64,000 bases of DNA, taken from Fibrobacteria bacterium. Lineage in GTDB: Bacteria > Fibrobacterota > Fibrobacteria > UBA11236 > JADFYW01. How positions within the stretch are numbered: the first letter of the stretch is position 1; the number at the start of each line of letters is the position of its first letter. Position numbers and translations under genes: made by a program. The stretch lies in assembly GCA_050294405.1 (NCBI GenBank), contig JBNKOC010000028.1, forward strand, positions 384,001 through 448,000, written 5' to 3'. The notes below the pieces were generated by a model, which had not been told where the DNA came from, ran no database searches, and saw only the letters and a list, made by a program, of their open reading frames with translations. Below are positions 19,723 through 30,065 of the stretch, in pieces.

Positions 19723-20820
19723 ATGGAATCTCAACAATCCGGTTTAGAGCCCTTAGTTTTTACGCCTCTTTTTTTTGAAAAAATTTGGGGCGGAAGAAAT
19801 TTATACCGACTTTTTAAAAAAGGCCCCGACAGCACCGAAATGCTGGGAGAATCCTGGGAAATCTCAGACAATAATTCAGGGAAAACCAAAGTTGCCAAAG
19901 GCAAATTTGCAGGCCAGGAACTGGGAGAATTGTTGTCTAAGTACCCCTCAGAAATTCTGGGAAAAAAATTGGCAGAACAGTTTGGAAATAAAAAGGCTTT
20001 TCCCCTTTTAATTAAGTTTATTGATGCCACAGATGATCTTTCTGTACAGGTACACCCAGGTGAAGGCAGCGATTTGGGCGATGCCAAAACAGAGGCCTGG
20101 TATGTGGTGGATGCCCCTGCGGAAGCGCAAATTATTGTGGGCCTTGATTCTGAATTGTCCAAAGAAAAAGTTCTGGAGGCCTTAAAAAGTTCCAAAGCCA
20201 GAGATGTATTAAGGCGCATACCCGTAAAAGCCGGAGATGTTTTGGTGATTCCAGCGGGCACGGTGCACGCCATAACAAAGGGCCTGGTTATTTACGAGGT
20301 GCAGCAAAATTCAGACACTACTTTTCGAATTTACGATTGGGACCGTCTGGACGCTTCTGGTAAAAGCCGGGAGTTGCATGTGGACAAGGCGGCTCAAACC
20401 ATAAATTTTACCAATGAGAATCCCTATAAATCCAAGCCCCTTAGCCTTAAAGAAGAAGGTTTTGAAAGAGAATTTTTAGGGGCCACTCCTTTTTTTCTTA
20501 TTTGCCGGTTAAAAAACTTTAACGGGGATGCCAGGCTGGATAATAAGGATAAATTTCAGGTTTTAACGGTGCTCGAAGGGCATTTTGAAGTAAAACACGG
20601 TGAAAGTAAAGTCAGTTTAAACCCTGGTGATAGTTGTTTGCTGCCTGCGGTTTGTCAAAATACTTTTCTAAAAAATGTACAGGGAAAGGGAGAATTGCTA
20701 TCTTCCACAGTACCGGACCTCGCAGAGGATGTCTGGGAGCCTTTATCAAATGCGGGTTTCGCCGAGGATGAAATAACCAGAATAGGAGGAGGGACTCTGG
20801 TTCCGCCAGCTCATTTATGA
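19723..20820 (+). CDS. manA: Type I mannose-6-phosphate isomerase
   Basis: EKIWGG, GESWEIS, FPLLIKFIDA, LSVQVHP, KTEAWY, GTVHAI and EVQQNSDTTFRIYDW motifs. Confidence 0.92.
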   Translation: MESQQSGLEPLVFTPLFFEKIWGGRNLYRLFKKGPDSTEMLGESWEISDNNSGKTKVAKGKFAGQELGELLSKYPSEILGKKLAEQFGNKKAFPLLIKFIDATDDLSVQVHPGEGSDLGDAKTEAWYVVDAPAEAQIIVGLDSELSKEKVLEALKSSKARDVLRRIPVKAGDVLVIPAGTVHAITKGLVIYEVQQNSDTTFRIYDWDRLDASGKSRELHVDKAAQTINFTNENPYKSKPLSLKEEGFEREFLGATPFFLICRLKNFNGDARLDNKDKFQVLTVLEGHFEVKHGESKVSLNPGDSCLLPAVCQNTFLKNVQGKGELLSSTVPDLAEDVWEPLSNAGFAEDEITRIGGGTLVPPAHL

Positions 20821-21167
20821 CTTCCGAAACTTCAGACTTTCAAATCAAAGACAGGTTGTCCTTTAACCTGTTTATCCTGAACAATAACTTAACTGTAAAA
20901 AATTTGTTTCAGGTGCGCTCCGCTTTAACCGAACTTTTGGATAGTTCGGTTCGGAATATTGTGTTTGATTTGGAAAAATGTAATGAAATGGATTCTTCGG
21001 GGCTTGGGCTTCTGAGTAATCTGTACAAAAAGATAAATAGCCTGGGTGGGGAACTGGGCGTGCTTAATGTGAATCCCGAACTGGATAGAATATTTCAGGA
21101 TTCGGGCTTGGGCCAATTGCTAAACCCTTTCAGTACTCTGGAAGAGGCCGATGAATATTTTGACTAA
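20817..21167 (+). CDS. STAS-domain anti-sigma-factor antagonist
   Basis: VFDLEKCNEMDSSGLGLL contains the phosphorylatable Ser; ATGA overlap with manA. Confidence 0.85.
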   Translation: MTSETSDFQIKDRLSFNLFILNNNLTVKNLFQVRSALTELLDSSVRNIVFDLEKCNEMDSSGLGLLSNLYKKINSLGGELGVLNVNPELDRIFQDSGLGQLLNPFSTLEEADEYFD

Positions 21168-21190
21168 ACCGGGGAAAGAAAAAGAAAATA

Positions 21191-22153
21191 ATGGAAAATC
21201 TTTGCTTTATTATTTCTTCCATAGGCGGACCGAAAATTCTCTCGCCTTTGCTTTCCAAAAATCTGCGCATGGACACTATTTACATGGTGTATCAGCGAAT
21301 GCCAAGCGATGCTTTCATGAAAGCCTTGGTGGAGTGTATTGGCGAAGATGTGCAGCGCCAAATAATTTATTTGAAGGAAGATTCCCAATTGGTTCCCGGG
21401 GGGATCTATTTCTTTTCTTCGGAATTCCAATACCGCTTTGAAAAAGACTGGATTCGGGTTTCTCCGGCCCAGCAACAAGAAAACTACCAGGAAAGCCACC
21501 TGGATTCCATTTTAATTTCCGCCGGGAACAGCCCATATCGCTCCGCGGTGGTTGTGCTTTCGGGCATGTTTATTGACCGGGATGGAATTGGCGGAATTCG
21601 CTATTTAAAGGAAACAGGAGCCAAGGTATACGGCACTCCCCAGCACGAAACCCCAGTTTACGACATGATAGACGACTTGCAAAGGGAATCGTTGCTTGAT
21701 GAACTCCAGCCTTCTTCCACAATTATGTCCCAGGTGGAATTTGGCATACATGTGGTTCCGGGAAACACCACCGATAAGGTTTTAATAGTAGATGACGAAG
21801 AAGATGTGCGGGAAATTGTGGGCGACATATTAGGCCTGGAAAACATAAGTTGCGATTATGCCACCGATGGTCTTAATGCTATTTCAAAAATCCAGAGGAA
21901 TAAATATTCCGCCATTGTAATGGATATGAAAATGCCCGAGCTGGATGGCTTAAAAACTTTAACCGCTCTAACTACTATGGAGCCCAATCTGCCCATTTTG
22001 ATTATTACCGGTTATGACGACAGTCAAACACATGATGCTGCCAAAAGCCAAAATGTAATAGGGGTATTGCTTAAGCCATTCACCGGGGAAGACATAAAAA
22101 AGTATTTGCCCCAGTTGGCGCCATCCCAAGCCAGAGAACACAGCACACTATAA
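21191..22153 (+). CDS. Degenerate CheB-methylesterase-like domain fused to a C-terminal receiver domain
   Basis: CheB-like motifs ISSIGGP, VYQRMP and VVLSGMFIDRDG; REC motifs LIVDDE, MDMKMPELDG, ITG and KPF. Confidence 0.75.
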   Translation: MENLCFIISSIGGPKILSPLLSKNLRMDTIYMVYQRMPSDAFMKALVECIGEDVQRQIIYLKEDSQLVPGGIYFFSSEFQYRFEKDWIRVSPAQQQENYQESHLDSILISAGNSPYRSAVVVLSGMFIDRDGIGGIRYLKETGAKVYGTPQHETPVYDMIDDLQRESLLDELQPSSTIMSQVEFGIHVVPGNTTDKVLIVDDEEDVREIVGDILGLENISCDYATDGLNAISKIQRNKYSAIVMDMKMPELDGLKTLTALTTMEPNLPILIITGYDDSQTHDAAKSQNVIGVLLKPFTGEDIKKYLPQLAPSQAREHSTL

Positions 22154-22191
22154 AAATCGCCCTCGCGACACGGTGCATTGTTACGCCCATC

Positions 22192-22229
22192 AATTTTAAA
22201 AGGCCTCATTAAGAGACCTTTTAAAAATT
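22192..22229. terminator. Inverted repeat between convergent genes; terminator-like, possibly derived from MITE-family ends
   Basis: TTTTAAAAGGCCTC-ATTAA-GAGACCTTTTAAAA forms 14 bp with 1 mismatch. It is preceded by ACGCCCATCAATTTT, which resembles the MITE ends. Confidence 0.55.
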
Positions 22230-22250
22230 AAATTAAATTAATAGTGGGGC

Positions 22251-22622
22251 TTAAACGGCCATGCGCAATTTGCGCTTTTGCATTCTGTAAAAGTTTGCCC
22301 GACGAAAATCGTTGCGATGTTCGTGACAAAAACGAGGGTACACAAATTGTTTAGGGAAAACCTTAATAAGGTACTTTGTGTTACACCCTTCCAGACAACA
22401 TTTAAATTCTAAATCTAAAACTTCGGTATAGTTGTGAGTGAACACCATGTTTTTAACTTCAACACGCTCAAACTCTTTTTTATGCTTGGCTCTTTGCTTA
22501 ATATCGCGGTGTAGCTCGCAATATTTAGCAATGGGATGCCCCCAAAACTCTTTACCGCAGCCTGGTTCCTGACAAATTTTTAACTTAATTCGTTTTTTCT
22601 TTTTGTATTTTGGTAGCTGCAT
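22251..22622 (-). CDS. Small basic protein with two Cys/His (probable zinc-binding) repeats
   Basis: Repeats CQEPGC...YCELHR and CCLEGC...FCHEHR; Lys/Arg-rich. Confidence 0.8.
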   Translation of the reverse strand: MQLPKYKKKKRIKLKICQEPGCGKEFWGHPIAKYCELHRDIKQRAKHKKEFERVEVKNMVFTHNYTEVLDLEFKCCLEGCNTKYLIKVFPKQFVYPRFCHEHRNDFRRANFYRMQKRKLRMAV

Positions 22623-22770
22623 TATAACGTCTCTAATTTAACCCGTTGTATGTTGGGGCATTAATATACTGAAAAATCGCGTAAAATCAATGCTTATTTA
22701 AATATACGGGTAAAGCCCCGAAAAAAAAAGGGAAATAAAGAAAATTTTAGTTTTTTTTGAAACTAGATGT

Positions 22771-23673
22771 TTAGCGTTTAAAAGGCATTTCAAGACGGGT
22801 TAAATACAAGCCAATGGGATCCACCTTCTCTCCTTTAACTAAAATTTCAAAGTGAAGGTGTCGTCCGGTGGTTTTTCCAGTGCTGCCCATATCACCGATA
22901 TAATCCCCTTTTTTTACTTTTTGGCCTGGTCGCACATGGTTTTCTTTTAAGTGGGCGTAAAAGGTTTCAATTTTATCATTGTGGCGAATACGCAGGTATT
23001 TTCCGTAAAAAGGGTCTTCGGAACTGGAGATAACCCGGCCATCCCCTGCGGAAAAAACAGAGTCGGAGCCCACGCCGCTAAAGTCCACTCCGGCGTGGTA
23101 GCTGCGCTTGCCCGAAAAAGGGTCTTTCTCTCTTCCAAAACCCCGGATAATCATGGCTGATTTGGACACGGGCAGGGCTGTGGGCCATTCTGGGATGGCC
23201 TCCTCATAATTTTCCAAAGTGGCTAAAACCTTGTCTAAATGGCCGTCTATCACTTCGCTTTGACGAAATAAGCGGTCGATATTTTTTTCAACGGGCATAA
23301 GTTTGGTGAAAAAACGCATTAAGCCTTCTGGCTGGTTGGTCTGGCTTTCTGTTTTCCACTCCAAATTGCTTAGAGCCATGGTTTTTTGCACTTCTTTTTC
23401 CAGCTTATTTAAACGCACCTTGTGCTGGCTTTTGGATTTTTCCAGGCCTACAATTCGTTCTGTAAGCTTTAAATTCTTTTTGGCCAATTGCTTTCGATAG
23501 CGGGAGTCTGCCTGGCTTTCCCACAAAATCTGGCTAAAAGTCAGATAAAAGCCAGCTATGCAAATCAGCAGGATAAGCACAGCCACAGCTGCCAGCCAAA
23601 ATTTGCTTATGCTGATTTGCCGATTGGGGCTGTTATCCGAAGGGATAAGTATTATGTTCCAATGGGATCCCAT
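22771..23673 (-). CDS. M23 family metallopeptidase (membrane anchor + coiled coil)
   Basis: HAGVDF, YAHL and STGKTTGRHLHFEI motifs. Confidence 0.9.
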   Translation of the reverse strand: MGSHWNIILIPSDNSPNRQISISKFWLAAVAVLILLICIAGFYLTFSQILWESQADSRYRKQLAKKNLKLTERIVGLEKSKSQHKVRLNKLEKEVQKTMALSNLEWKTESQTNQPEGLMRFFTKLMPVEKNIDRLFRQSEVIDGHLDKVLATLENYEEAIPEWPTALPVSKSAMIIRGFGREKDPFSGKRSYHAGVDFSGVGSDSVFSAGDGRVISSSEDPFYGKYLRIRHNDKIETFYAHLKENHVRPGQKVKKGDYIGDMGSTGKTTGRHLHFEILVKGEKVDPIGLYLTRLEMPFKR

Positions 23674-23772
23674 ATAGCATCAATGTATTAAATTGAAAAA
23701 TTCCCGCTCGTGGCTTTGAAAATATTTTCTGGATTTTTTTTGGCTAAAAAATTTAGCAAAAAAAGGAGAGGG

Positions 23773-23988
23773 TTATTCATCCTTCCAGTCATCAGTGGCG
23801 TCTTCTTCGTCAATATTAGAAGACAGAGTGTCCTCAATAATGCTCTTGAAGTTTTCATCCATAAAATTGCAGATGTCTTCTTCATTCAGGGAACTATCGT
23901 CCTGCACCAATTCCTGAATACACAAAGCGGTTGAAATCATAATTTCTTTAACCAATGCCTCTTCGTATAATCTTTTGTGTTCTTCCAA
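23773..23988 (-). CDS. Small acidic hypothetical protein
   Basis: 71-aa D/E-rich ORF with TTG start and a weak AGGT-type RBS; fills the gap upstream of the M23 gene. Confidence 0.5.
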   Translation of the reverse strand: MEEHKRLYEEALVKEIMISTALCIQELVQDDSSLNEEDICNFMDENFKSIIEDTLSSNIDEEDATDDWKDE

Positions 23989-24136
23989 TTTTTACCTAAC
24001 CTTACTTTACCATGGGAACTGCCACTAAAGAATATTTTCATATTTCCACAAGATGACGGTCAAGCATTAGATTTTTACCTTGTCTTTTTTCCACTGGAGC
24101 TAAGAGAATCTACACTCAAAATTCTAAAATTTCCCT

Positions 24137-25441
24137 ATGAACGAACCCTCCCCAAGCAAAAAATTCGACTGGAAGCGCACAGGCCGGGCTTTGGCCCGGG
24201 AAATTGTGATTCCAATTGTGATGGCCCTTATAGTCATCCAGTTTGTTATCCAGGCTTTTAAAATTCCCACAGGCTCTATGGAAGATAGCCTTTTGGTGGG
24301 CGACTTTTTATTGGGGTTAAAATTTGTATATGGGGCGCCCATTCCCTTTACACATAAAAAGCTTCCTGCCTTAAGCGAGCCGGAGCCGGGGGATGTTTTG
24401 ATTTTTGGTTATCCGGGCGATCCCAAATATCCCGAATACAATCCCGAACGTTACCATTTTGTGGCCAATTTATTTTTGTTTGGCAATGTATATTGGGACA
24501 CACAGGCTCCCGAAGGAAAAAGCAAATGGGTTTGGTATGCTCCCAAAGACTTTATCAAGCGCTGCGTGGCTAAAAGCGGCCAAACAATTCAGGTGCGCAG
24601 CACTGCATTGGCCGTGGACGGGAAAACCATTGCCCTTCCTCCCAAAGGGAAATACCACCGCAACCGTGGCCATGTTGCCTGGAGAGATTCCCTGGATTTT
24701 AAACTGCCTGAAAAAGGCGAAACCATAAAGTTTGAAAACTTAAGCTTAGCTCAAGCCTGCTGGATACGTTCCCTGGCTCTTCAGGAAAATCCCGATGCCA
24801 AAGTTTCTCTCCAGTTGGATTTATATGTGGATTCGGTACTTTCCAATTACCATGTATTTAACGATGTATACTTTCCTCAGGAAGGGGAAAGCGTATTGCT
24901 GTTGCAAATGTTAAAAATACCCTTTGAAATGAGCTATCAATTTCCCCAATTCAGGGCCCGGCAAATATCCTTTAACAAAGTGGCCGATGGCCTTAAAACA
25001 GGCTTTATGAGAGGGCTTTCCGAACACAACGTAGGTTTTACTCCCTTAAAAGACGCGCCTCATTTTTTTGGAGCAAAGGCCCATTCCTATGAGTATTTCT
25101 CTGGATATTATTTGGAAAAACTCAAAGAAGCTTTGCAGGCGGCAGCCGCCAGAGATGGCAAAGAAATTAAAATTGTGCCTTCGTTGGTTATCGATGGAAA
25201 TAATTTTACCGAATACACCACCAAGGGCAAATGTTATTTTATGATGGGGGATAACAGGGATAACTCTTCGGACAGCCGCTTCTGGGGTTTGTTAAGCGAA
25301 TACAATGTTAAGGCTAAAGCTTTTATCGTATACCTTTCTCTGGAAAATGCGGACGATCGCCTTTCCCTAACTAACCCTTTGACCTGGATATTTTTGCCTG
25401 AACGGTTAAGATGGAGCCGCATCGGAAAGTTAATCGAATAA
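24137..25441 (+). CDS. lepB: Signal peptidase I with large insertions
   Basis: IPTGSME (catalytic Ser), DFIKRCV (catalytic Lys) and [18 protein letters not shown] motifs. Confidence 0.93.
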   Translation: MNEPSPSKKFDWKRTGRALAREIVIPIVMALIVIQFVIQAFKIPTGSMEDSLLVGDFLLGLKFVYGAPIPFTHKKLPALSEPEPGDVLIFGYPGDPKYPEYNPERYHFVANLFLFGNVYWDTQAPEGKSKWVWYAPKDFIKRCVAKSGQTIQVRSTALAVDGKTIALPPKGKYHRNRGHVAWRDSLDFKLPEKGETIKFENLSLAQACWIRSLALQENPDAKVSLQLDLYVDSVLSNYHVFNDVYFPQEGESVLLLQMLKIPFEMSYQFPQFRARQISFNKVADGLKTGFMRGLSEHNVGFTPLKDAPHFFGAKAHSYEYFSGYYLEKLKEALQAAAARDGKEIKIVPSLVIDGNNFTEYTTKGKCYFMMGDNRDNSSDSRFWGLLSEYNVKAKAFIVYLSLENADDRLSLTNPLTWIFLPERLRWSRIGKLIE

Positions 25442-27201
25442 TTACCGCCACTTTTTTATTGGCCTTCCTTTTCCTTGGGGGATGCGCCCATATAGAGGCG
25501 CCGCCGGGAGGTCCGGAAGATAAAACGCCTCCCTACTTAATGGCTGTATTTCCGGAGCCGGGAGCCGTGAATGTTCCCCTTGAACTCAATGTGCAATTGG
25601 AATTTTCCGAGTGGATGTCTTCGCGCTTTGCAGATTTAAACTATGTCCATCAAATAACCCTCTCCCCTATTCTTCCCCGTAAGCTCAAATTTGAAGTAAA
25701 GGGAAAAAAAGTAAGGGTATATAGCAATTCCAAACTGGAGCCCAACACCACATACATCCTTTCCGTAAATAACGGGCTTACGGATATGCAAAACCAAGCC
25801 CTGGCTAACCCCTTTCAACTGGTTTTTTCCACAGGGGGCCAGGTAGATACAAATAGCTATTCGGGCATGTTATTTGGCGATGGAGATTCTAAAGTTAAAA
25901 AATGGCTTGGCCTTTACCCCTTGGGTGAGATTCGCAACAGCTTGCAATATTTGCCGGGACATGGAAGCGATAGCCTCAAAACTTTTCCCGACATAACCAA
26001 AGAACGGCCCATGTATCTTTCTGCCAGTGACAGCATGGGAAGCTTTTCTCTTACGGGAGTTAAAGAAGGGGCCTATGTGGCCGTAGGTTTTGCTGATGCC
26101 AATGGAGACTTAAAGCCTCAGCCAGGCCAGGAGCCCATTGCTATAGGGGATAGCCTTAATTTTAAAGAGCCTTTGACCGGACAATGGAAGTTGGAAATGA
26201 GCAAATGGGAGCCTTTAAAGCTTTTATCTGCCAGTTGGAAAAAGGCCGCCGCGGCCGGGGATTCCACCAGCCTAAAAGGAATTTTAGAATTAAAATTCAA
26301 TTCTAAAATATTCTGGGAAAAAGTTTTACAGTCCCAAAGTTTTAAAGTTGAGGCAGTGGATTCAGGCTCTGTTCCTTCTCTGGAAATGCCGTTTTTAGAA
26401 AAAGGGGAAATCAGCGATGTAATTCGATTGGGGCTGCAAAATGTGCGTCCTTCCCAAAATTATGTGCTAAGCTGTTCGAGTCTGGTGGATGTATATGGTA
26501 ACGGCTTGGATAGCGTTTTATATAAGGCCAAATTTGAATCCAGCCCTGTTGAAGACAGTTTAAAATTTATATTGGATTTTCCCCAAGCCAAAAAAGGCGA
26601 TAGCCTTATTATTAAAAACCAACAAGTTTTGGCCTTGCACAATGGATATTTCCAACGGGGAGAATTGGCTAAAGACAGCTCCGAGTATTTTTGGATTCTT
26701 GGAAAAGACAGTATTTCCGTAAAACCTATTTGGCGGGATTTTTCCAGCTTTAACTTTCCTTTTACCCAGTCTGTGGACACCACTGGTAATTTAAAATTAA
26801 TTTCCAAAGTTAGCTCCACCGTTACGGACAGCTCGGGAAAGGATAGTTTGATTTCACAGGCTTTTACTTTGCTTGATTTTACCCTGCGTTCTAAAGAAGA
26901 TTGGGGGTCTTTATTAATTGAGCTTCCCCCGGCTCCAAATTTTAACCAGGGCAAATTGGTATCTCTTTTTAAAAAAGAAGACTACTCTCTAAATTTCCGG
27001 CAAAAAAACTCTTTAAAGCTGGATAGCTTGCTCCCCGGAAACTATCAGTTAGAAGTGTTTATGGATGAAAACGACAATGGAGTTTGGGATCCGGGTTCTT
27101 ATAACCCCTGGAAAGTTCAGGAATATTATAAATTATTGCCTGATACGGTTCGCATAGAGGCCAGAGAACCTGCCCTTATGTCCTTACAAAAAATGAAATA
27201 A
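25411..27201 (+). CDS. Lipoprotein with Ig-like (Big_5-type) domains
   Basis: Lipobox LGGC followed by [18 protein letters not shown] and PGNYQL...[11 protein letters not shown]. Confidence 0.8.
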   Translation: MEPHRKVNRIITATFLLAFLFLGGCAHIEAPPGGPEDKTPPYLMAVFPEPGAVNVPLELNVQLEFSEWMSSRFADLNYVHQITLSPILPRKLKFEVKGKKVRVYSNSKLEPNTTYILSVNNGLTDMQNQALANPFQLVFSTGGQVDTNSYSGMLFGDGDSKVKKWLGLYPLGEIRNSLQYLPGHGSDSLKTFPDITKERPMYLSASDSMGSFSLTGVKEGAYVAVGFADANGDLKPQPGQEPIAIGDSLNFKEPLTGQWKLEMSKWEPLKLLSASWKKAAAAGDSTSLKGILELKFNSKIFWEKVLQSQSFKVEAVDSGSVPSLEMPFLEKGEISDVIRLGLQNVRPSQNYVLSCSSLVDVYGNGLDSVLYKAKFESSPVEDSLKFILDFPQAKKGDSLIIKNQQVLALHNGYFQRGELAKDSSEYFWILGKDSISVKPIWRDFSSFNFPFTQSVDTTGNLKLISKVSSTVTDSSGKDSLISQAFTLLDFTLRSKEDWGSLLIELPPAPNFNQGKLVSLFKKEDYSLNFRQKNSLKLDSLLPGNYQLEVFMDENDNGVWDPGSYNPWKVQEYYKLLPDTVRIEAREPALMSLQKMK

Positions 27202-27208
27202 AACTATT

Positions 27209-27727
27209 TTGCAAATGACCATGGTAGCTTTAAGAAAATCAAACTTATTCCTGCGGACTATGTTTATAGCGGCCATTGCTTTATTGTTTGGAGGTTGCTA
27301 CACCTTTACAGGAAGCACCTTGCCCGCCCATTTGAAAACCATTCAGGTTTTACCTGTGGAGGACAACACATTAAATCCGGTATTTGCTGAAAAAATGACT
27401 CAGTCCTTAATTTCGGGCTTTGAATCCCGCAGTTCTTTAAGAGCGGTGAACCAAAACCCCCACTGCGAATTAAAAACCATTTTGAAAAGTTACAGCCACG
27501 TTCCTTACAACACCAGCGGCAGCGATGTAACTTCCTATCGAATTGATGTGAAAATATCGGTGCAATTTTTTGATAGAGTTAAAAACAAAATGCTTTTTGA
27601 AGAAGACAATTTACCTGGTTTTGGCACCTATTCTGTGACCAATGGACAAACCGAATCCGAAGGGCAGGAAGCCACCATAGCCAGCGTAGTGGAAATCATA
27701 TTAAATAACACGGTATCTCAATGGTAA
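27209..27727 (+). CDS. lptE: LptE-like LPS-assembly lipoprotein
   Basis: GGCYTFTGSTLPAHLKTIQV and C-terminal IL.NTVSQW, typical of FCB-group LptE-like proteins. The true start may be ATG 27215 or 27221. Confidence 0.7.
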   Translation: MQMTMVALRKSNLFLRTMFIAAIALLFGGCYTFTGSTLPAHLKTIQVLPVEDNTLNPVFAEKMTQSLISGFESRSSLRAVNQNPHCELKTILKSYSHVPYNTSGSDVTSYRIDVKISVQFFDRVKNKMLFEEDNLPGFGTYSVTNGQTESEGQEATIASVVEIILNNTVSQW

Positions 27728-28584
27728 TTGAATTTGTAAAAATGCACGGCACCGGCAACGACTATGTATACATTGATTGTTTCAATCAGGATTTTCCTCA
27801 TGCCGATAAACTGGCTATTTCCCTGGCCCACAGGCATTTTGGGGTTGGCGGCGACGGATTAATTTTAATCAAGCAAAACCCGGCTGGTGACGGTGAAATG
27901 GTAATGTATAATGCCGATGGCTCCAAATCCCAAATGTGCGGGAACGGCCTTCGCTGTGTGGCTAAATACCTCCACGATACCTATGCCCCGGGAAAAAAAA
28001 ATTTAAAAATCCAGACGGGCAATGGTTTGCTGGATGCTAAAGTAATTACTGGAGACGACGGAAAAGCTAAGTCCATCACCATTAACATGGGAAAACCCAT
28101 TTTTAAAGGCCTGGAAATCCCCACTACCATTGATAAAGAAAGGGTTTTTGAAGAAACTCTGGAAGCTGGCGGCAAAAACTTTAGTTTTTCTTCGGTTAGT
28201 ATGGGAAACCCCCATTGCGTAATATATGTGGAGGATGTTAAAAATTTTCCTCTGCATGTATATGGGCCTTTGATTGAAAACCATCCTATTTTTCCCGAGC
28301 GGGTTAATGTGGAGTTTGTGGAACAGGTTAGCAGGCAAAAACTAATCCAACGCACCTGGGAAAGGGGTTCAGGAGAAACCTGGGCCTGTGGAACCGGGGC
28401 CTCAGCAGTTGCGGTGGTGAGCCGTATTTTGGGCATGACCGAAGAAGAAGTGGATATCGAACTTTTGGGGGGAGAATTAAAACTTCAATACCAAGAGGGC
28501 GAATCTGTTTTTATGACTGGAAATGCCATCGAAGTTTTTAGAGGCAAAATTGAAGTGGACCCCAACACAGGGGCTATTCTTTAA
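27721..28584 (+). CDS. dapF: Diaminopimelate epimerase
   Basis: KMHGTGNDY, MCGNGLRC, SMGNPHCV and ERGSGETWACGTG motifs. Confidence 0.96.
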   Translation: MVIEFVKMHGTGNDYVYIDCFNQDFPHADKLAISLAHRHFGVGGDGLILIKQNPAGDGEMVMYNADGSKSQMCGNGLRCVAKYLHDTYAPGKKNLKIQTGNGLLDAKVITGDDGKAKSITINMGKPIFKGLEIPTTIDKERVFEETLEAGGKNFSFSSVSMGNPHCVIYVEDVKNFPLHVYGPLIENHPIFPERVNVEFVEQVSRQKLIQRTWERGSGETWACGTGASAVAVVSRILGMTEEEVDIELLGGELKLQYQEGESVFMTGNAIEVFRGKIEVDPNTGAIL

Positions 28585-29161
28585 TCACAAAGCCTTGAAG
28601 ACCCATATCCATTAAGTCCAGCAGTTTTTCATCGGCTTCCCGTTTGGATTTAAAATAGCCAAAGCGGAGTTTGTAAAATGGGGCATCGAAAAAAATGTCC
28701 ACATTAGCCCCGATTTGACTGGAGAAAGCCCTGCGCTTGGCCTGGGCTGTTTCGAACTCGGCCACTGTTAACAATTGAATGCGGTAATTGCTGCTGCTGG
28801 CTTGTTCTTTTTTGGGTTGAGGGGCTATGGCCATGGGCGATGTTGCGCTTTCTTTGGGTTTTTCCTGTAAGGCTACCTGAATGGGTTGCTTTACTAAGAG
28901 GCCATCCAGTTCCGTATCTTTTTCGAAATTTTTAGTAAAGGGAGATTCCTCGGCATTATCAGTGGCTACCTTAGGTTCGGCTTTTCCTGCCCAGGGTTTG
29001 TCAAAATCCAAATCCCATTCTTCTTCTGTTTCGTTACTTGGAGTTTCCACAGCTTCGACTTCGTAAGTGGTGGTTTCATTTTTTTTCAACAGCTTGGAGC
29101 AGTTTGTAAAAAGAAAGCCTAAGGCGATTAAACACGAGAGTTTTAAAAATTTTACATTCAT
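28574..29161 (-). CDS. SPOR-domain lipoprotein
   Basis: ATG 29161 gives MNVKFLK...FTNC lipobox; C-terminal YRIQL...PFYKLRFGYF SPOR domain. Confidence 0.8.
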   Translation of the reverse strand: MNVKFLKLSCLIALGFLFTNCSKLLKKNETTTYEVEAVETPSNETEEEWDLDFDKPWAGKAEPKVATDNAEESPFTKNFEKDTELDGLLVKQPIQVALQEKPKESATSPMAIAPQPKKEQASSSNYRIQLLTVAEFETAQAKRRAFSSQIGANVDIFFDAPFYKLRFGYFKSKREADEKLLDLMDMGLQGFVIKE

Positions 29162-29186
29162 ATTAATTATTCTATAAAAGGTTTCA

Positions 29187-30032
29187 GTGAAAGACCCACA
29201 ACCCAATCATAAGTTTCTGGAAAAATATAAGAAAGTAATTTCTGAAAATAAGCAAAAGAAACAAAAGGCTATTTGGCGGGGGCTCATTTTTTTGTCTTTA
29301 TTGGCCCTGGTAACCTATATCGGCAAGGTAAAACCCAGGGAAACTAAAATTGTGAACAGCCACGACCTTTTAGGCTGGATTTTTTTAAAGGACCACAGCT
29401 ATTCTCTTTTTTTGGTGCTCCCCAACGATGGAGACTACTCCAACAAATTAGCCACAGGGGAGAGAGTGTATTTTAATCCCCATCCCCATCCGGGTTTTTT
29501 GGACAGCAATCATATTTTATATCACCCCCGTAGCCTATTTTTGATGGGGCAAATAAACAAAGAAATGATTAGCGCTTATTGTTCCAAAGTAGATAGTGGC
29601 CAGTATTTGTATTTCAATGGGCCGTCGCAGTGGCAGACTGAGTGCCCCAAGGCAAAAATTATGGAGAGCCAGGCTTTTTCTTTGTTTGAAGATATGTCTT
29701 TGGAGTCTGGGGTTCATTGGAATGGAGATGGAAAAGTGGAAGCCTTGGATTTAGCTTATGGGGGGCAGCACTTTCGAGTGGCTGAAAACCCTTCCCTATG
29801 CGAAGGAGGGCAAAAATCTTTGCAATTGTGTGTCGCCCTCAAGAAAGGGCCTTCTCCCCAAGGAAACCTAGGGCTTTTTTTGGCTCCGGGCCAGGCTCTG
29901 GTGAAAGGAAAGCTGGATTCTAATTTGGTCTTAAATTCAAAAACCCAGGCCCTTGGTTTTCGTGTTTTGAAAAATGGGGAGCTTCAAATAAAAAAACTTT
30001 GGCTTAGCGAAATTAACCCTCATTCTTTTTAG
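29187..30032 (+). CDS. Membrane-anchored hypothetical protein
   Basis: 281-aa ORF with one N-terminal TM helix; no family recognised. Confidence 0.65.
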   Translation: MKDPQPNHKFLEKYKKVISENKQKKQKAIWRGLIFLSLLALVTYIGKVKPRETKIVNSHDLLGWIFLKDHSYSLFLVLPNDGDYSNKLATGERVYFNPHPHPGFLDSNHILYHPRSLFLMGQINKEMISAYCSKVDSGQYLYFNGPSQWQTECPKAKIMESQAFSLFEDMSLESGVHWNGDGKVEALDLAYGGQHFRVAENPSLCEGGQKSLQLCVALKKGPSPQGNLGLFLAPGQALVKGKLDSNLVLNSKTQALGFRVLKNGELQIKKLWLSEINPHSF

Positions 30033-30065
30033 GATTTTTGCCATGCATTTGCAGAATGAATGGGC

